Virus record (IMG/VR): IMGVR_UViG_3300023109_000020
Direction: 5' to 3' (one strand)
Length of the DNA: 20,000 bases
Source of the DNA: an uncultured virus (IMG/VR IMGVR_UViG_3300023109_000020)
Taxonomy: Duplodnaviria > Heunggongvirae > Uroviricota > Caudoviricetes
In this document: positions 17,445 through 20,000 of the stretch, piece after piece
Numbering within the stretch: the first letter of the stretch is position 1
How the letters are laid out: every line of letters begins with the position of its first letter
The notes under the pieces: model-generated
Databases searched by the model: none
Seen by the model: the letters and a program-made list of their open reading frames with translations, nothing else
What the model was told of the DNA's origin: nothing
Position numbers and translations under genes: made by a program

Positions 17445-18281
17445 ATGGAAAACTCTACAAATCCGTTAGCAAAATATACTAGACAGCCTAAGCTGTTTAT
17501 TGATCTGCCTAGTAAAGGAAACGCTTATCCGTCTGGTGCATTAGACAAAGTTGAAGAACTAGAAGTGTATAGCATGACAGCCAATGACGAGATTGCTATT
17601 AAAACTCCAGACGGACTATTTAGCGGCAAGGCAACAATGGGTGTTATTCAAAATTGCGTTCCGTCAATTAAAGATGCAAATTTTATTACTAATCGAGATT
17701 TAGATTATATCCTTGCTGCTATACGAATTGCAAGTTACGGCGATTCAATTAGTTTAACTAAAGTATGCGAGTCTTGCGAAAACGAAGACACTTTTGCATT
17801 TCCATTACAACAACTGCTTGATCATCTAACTGCTGCTGAATTAGTTTACGAAACTACTGTTAACGAGTTTAAATTTAAAATAAGACCGCTATATTATAAA
17901 GAAATTGTTTCAAATCAACAAGAAAGTGTTAAACTAAGGCGCCACCTAAATCAAATCTTGTCTAAATTAGAAGATGCTAACGAGCGTGCTGAGCAAATTG
18001 ATTTAATATATGAACAAATAAATGAACAGACTAAAAATGTTATTTGTAGTGTTGTTACAGAAGTAACAACACCCGACGGAACTTCAGAAACAAATCATCT
18101 TTTTATTAAAGATTTTATTCTTAACAATGAAAGTGATTTTTATAATACTATTCAAGATTTATATGCTAAAAATGCTAAAGCACTTGAAATACCAGCTGCT
18201 ACAGTAGAGTGCAGTAATTGTAACAAAGAACAATCTATTCAACCTAATTTGGATTATTCAAGTTTTTTCTCGAAACGCTAG
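17445..18281 (+). CDS. gp26: Baseplate hub assembly protein (T4 gp26-like)
   Basis: Motifs FIDLPSKG, MTANDEIAIK, IQNCV, DLDYILAAIRIASYG and two CxxC (CESC, CSNC), ending in FF, as in gp26-family proteins. Confidence 0.78.
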   Translation: MENSTNPLAKYTRQPKLFIDLPSKGNAYPSGALDKVEELEVYSMTANDEIAIKTPDGLFSGKATMGVIQNCVPSIKDANFITNRDLDYILAAIRIASYGDSISLTKVCESCENEDTFAFPLQQLLDHLTAAELVYETTVNEFKFKIRPLYYKEIVSNQQESVKLRRHLNQILSKLEDANERAEQIDLIYEQINEQTKNVICSVVTEVTTPDGTSETNHLFIKDFILNNESDFYNTIQDLYAKNAKALEIPAATVECSNCNKEQSIQPNLDYSSFFSKR

Positions 18282-18502
18282 TCCATCGCTCGGACTCTGA
18301 AGTTCACGAACTTTCAAAAGAATATGAAAATTCAATAAAACAACTTAAACACGAAATCTATAAATTGTCTTGGTATATGAGAGGCGGTGTAGATTCGCAC
18401 ACATTGCTAACAGCTACAGACATTGAAGATATTACAATTCTTCAAAAAATAATCAAAGAAAACATTGAATCTAGCAAAAAAGCTAACATGCCGTTAATTT
18501 AA
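18263..18502 (+). CDS. Unannotated -1 frame extension of the gp26-like gene (gp51-like/chaperone GT-like segment)
   Basis: Frame open 18248-18502: FFLETLVHRSDSEVHELSKEYENSIKQLKHEIYKLSWYMRGGVDSHTLLTATDIEDITILQKIIKENIESSKKANMPLI*. No start codon before TTG 18365/ATG 18377 and no evident RBS; fills the gap to the convergent gene. Confidence 0.7.
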   Translation, partial: FFLETLVHRSDSEVHELSKEYENSIKQLKHEIYKLSWYMRGGVDSHTLLTATDIEDITILQKIIKENIESSKKANMPLI

Positions 18503-18506
18503 TTTA

Positions 18507-19625
18507 TTAATCAAAAACATTATCTAGTCCGGAGCCGGTGCCTTGAGCAGCCGGAGTGACTTCCGCCGCGCCTTGACCTACTTCTGTGTCGCTCACAGTT
18601 GGCGCAGCGCCGCCTTGTGTTGCAGCAAATTCATCAACAGCGTCTTTTACAGCAGCAACCGCATCGTCGTCATCTGTAGCAAGATCTATTGCACCAACTA
18701 TTGCACTGCCTATGACATTATAACTTATATCCATCGCTTTTGCAAATTGCATTCCGTAATAACTAGCAACAAATTTTATCAGAGCATTTCGAACATTTTC
18801 ATTACGCATAATTGCTTGTGCTGCAAAATAAATTCCAACTTCAGTTAGAAGAAGTACTAGTGCGTTGAATACTGCCATACCTAAAAACCCAGGGCCGGAT
18901 GCAATACTTATACCCTGTCTAATCGCAGCGGCAGCTGCCATCATTGATCTTATTGGCGTTAAAAGCGCCATTATGGCTCTACGTCCCTTTCTAAGTATAG
19001 TAATAAGAGCTGGAACTACAAATGTTCCTACCCAAGTAGCAAAATATCTGCCAGCAGCTATCTGATATTGTTCTTCAGACATAGGGTTTGCCCATAGCTG
19101 TGGGTCATGCCCATCTTCGCCAGGTGGGATAGGATATTTAAGATTATGAAGTTCCTTCAGCTCTTGCTCTAACTGAGAATACGCAGCCAACGGCAAACCT
19201 AAACTTAGAGATATACCAAGTGTGCCTTGAAAAGCTCTTTTACTAGCTGCCCAGGCGCCACGACGTCTTAGTCTTCGTTCACTATCAGCTTCTGTTTCTC
19301 GACTATCGTTATTTCCAGGTGTCACACCAACCGGTGTATTATTTATTTGTCCTCTAACGCCGCCACCGCCGTCAAAGTCAATTCTCTGCAATCCAGAACT
19401 AGCTCGTAAAGCATTAACAAACCCGCCTCGATATTTTCTTGGCAATGGTTGATTAACACGAACATCTGGATAATTGTCACGAGCTGTTGCATTCATACTA
19501 GTTACTTGGAATTGATTTCCTTTCCATTCAGCAGTAATGCCGTTATGAACAATACGATCACCAGCATTAAGCATAAAGTCTCCAACACTGCCAGCTTCGT
19601 TTATAATATCGTATACTGCTACCAT
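18507..19625 (-). CDS. Hypothetical late protein with several hydrophobic helices
   Basis: 372 aa, AAGGAG RBS, late box upstream; about three hydrophobic stretches. Confidence 0.8.
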   Translation of the reverse strand: MVAVYDIINEAGSVGDFMLNAGDRIVHNGITAEWKGNQFQVTSMNATARDNYPDVRVNQPLPRKYRGGFVNALRASSGLQRIDFDGGGGVRGQINNTPVGVTPGNNDSRETEADSERRLRRRGAWAASKRAFQGTLGISLSLGLPLAAYSQLEQELKELHNLKYPIPPGEDGHDPQLWANPMSEEQYQIAAGRYFATWVGTFVVPALITILRKGRRAIMALLTPIRSMMAAAAAIRQGISIASGPGFLGMAVFNALVLLLTEVGIYFAAQAIMRNENVRNALIKFVASYYGMQFAKAMDISYNVIGSAIVGAIDLATDDDDAVAAVKDAVDEFAATQGGAAPTVSDTEVGQGAAEVTPAAQGTGSGLDNVFD

Positions 19626-19651
19626 CTAAGATAATCTCCTTAACATATGTG

Positions 19652-19659
19652 TATTTATT
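19652..19659 (-). promoter_or_regulatory. T4-late-like promoter box AATAAATA
   Basis: 26 nt upstream of ATG 19625, followed by CAC like the other boxes. Confidence 0.55.
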
Positions 19660-19775
19660 AAATATATTTAGTATATCTACTTCGTAGATATAAGTTTTCG
19701 TTAGCACTCAAACTATAACACTTCGTTTTGATTAAATGATTTATATATAATTGCAATATTACGAATGTAATATTG
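19659..19775. repeat. Cluster of perfect AT-rich inverted repeats and palindromes
   Basis: TAAATATATTTA (19659-70), TATATCTAC-TTC-GTAGATATA (19672-92), TTATATATAA (19741-50), CAATATTAC-GAAT-GTAATATTG (19754-75). Confidence 0.8.
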
Positions 19776-19779
19776 TTTA

Positions 19780-20000
19780 AGTTTCATGTAGATCGTTTCA
19801 GTCAGACGGAACCTGTTACGGTCCCATCTAATCTCAAAATGCGCTTCATGTGAGTCATGCACCAGCCGAGACATTGGAAGTAGGTAATTGTTTATACACA
19901 AAGTACAATGGGCTCTGACCTTTCCCAACCTACGTCGACATCGCTGTTTCCAGCTACCTCTCGCTTCGTTCCTATTGCTAAAGAGTTTTTATGTACTGTG
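19780..20000 (-). ncRNA. 3' part of a candidate large structured non-coding element (truncated by the window edge)
   Basis: GC-enriched with nested helices: GCTG-GAAA-CAGC, GTAGGT/ACCTAC, TGGG/CCCA, AGATGGGACC/GGTTCCGTCT, long-range GTCAGA/TCTGAC. G-U pairs and the GNRA loop favour the minus strand. Confidence 0.5.

Noticed and set aside
18543..19634. Plus-strand ORFs 18543-18848, 18865-19065, 19449-19634
   Set aside because: Antisense to the 372-aa gene, which has an RBS and a late box.
19701..19709. TTAGCACTC, a perfect CIRCE (HrcA) half-site
   Set aside because: The second half GAGTGCTAA is absent at the 9-nt spacing.
19713..19928. 71-aa minus-strand ORF
   Set aside because: TTG start inside a helix, no clear RBS, atypical composition, crosses perfect inverted repeats; not fully excluded.
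1..20000. CRISPR array, DGR template/variable repeat pair, IS element, or intron/intein in gp20/gp23
   Set aside because: No regularly spaced repeats; the 31-bp repeat has no adenine-specific mismatches and no RT is present; no transposase; portal and capsid genes are uninterrupted and of ordinary length.

Overview
Virion morphogenesis region of a large, AT-rich tailed phage distantly related to T4-type myoviruses; most genes are on the minus strand. In minus-strand reading order it holds a hydrophobic hypothetical gene, a gp26-like baseplate hub gene on the opposite (+) strand, a tape-measure-like gene, portal (gp20), two accessory genes, an acidic core-like protein, prohead protease (gp21), scaffold (gp22), major capsid protein (gp23), five probable structural genes and a >1625-codon fibre/adhesin-like gene that runs off the left edge and is missing from the ORF track. 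T4-late-like (N)ATAAATA boxes precede the late units. Strongest candidates for undescribed biology: (i) a probable -1 ribosomal frameshift (T TTT TTC) fusing the gp26-like ORF to a start-less downstream frame, resembling tail-chaperone G/GT systems; (ii) a ~240 nt structured, probably pseudoknotted ncRNA with its own sigma70 promoter and terminator just after the capsid gene; (iii) a second structured non-coding element at the right edge; (iv) a three-hairpin leader RNA; (v) a Maf/sialyltransferase-like enzyme inside the head module. All family assignments come from motif recognition by eye, not database searches.
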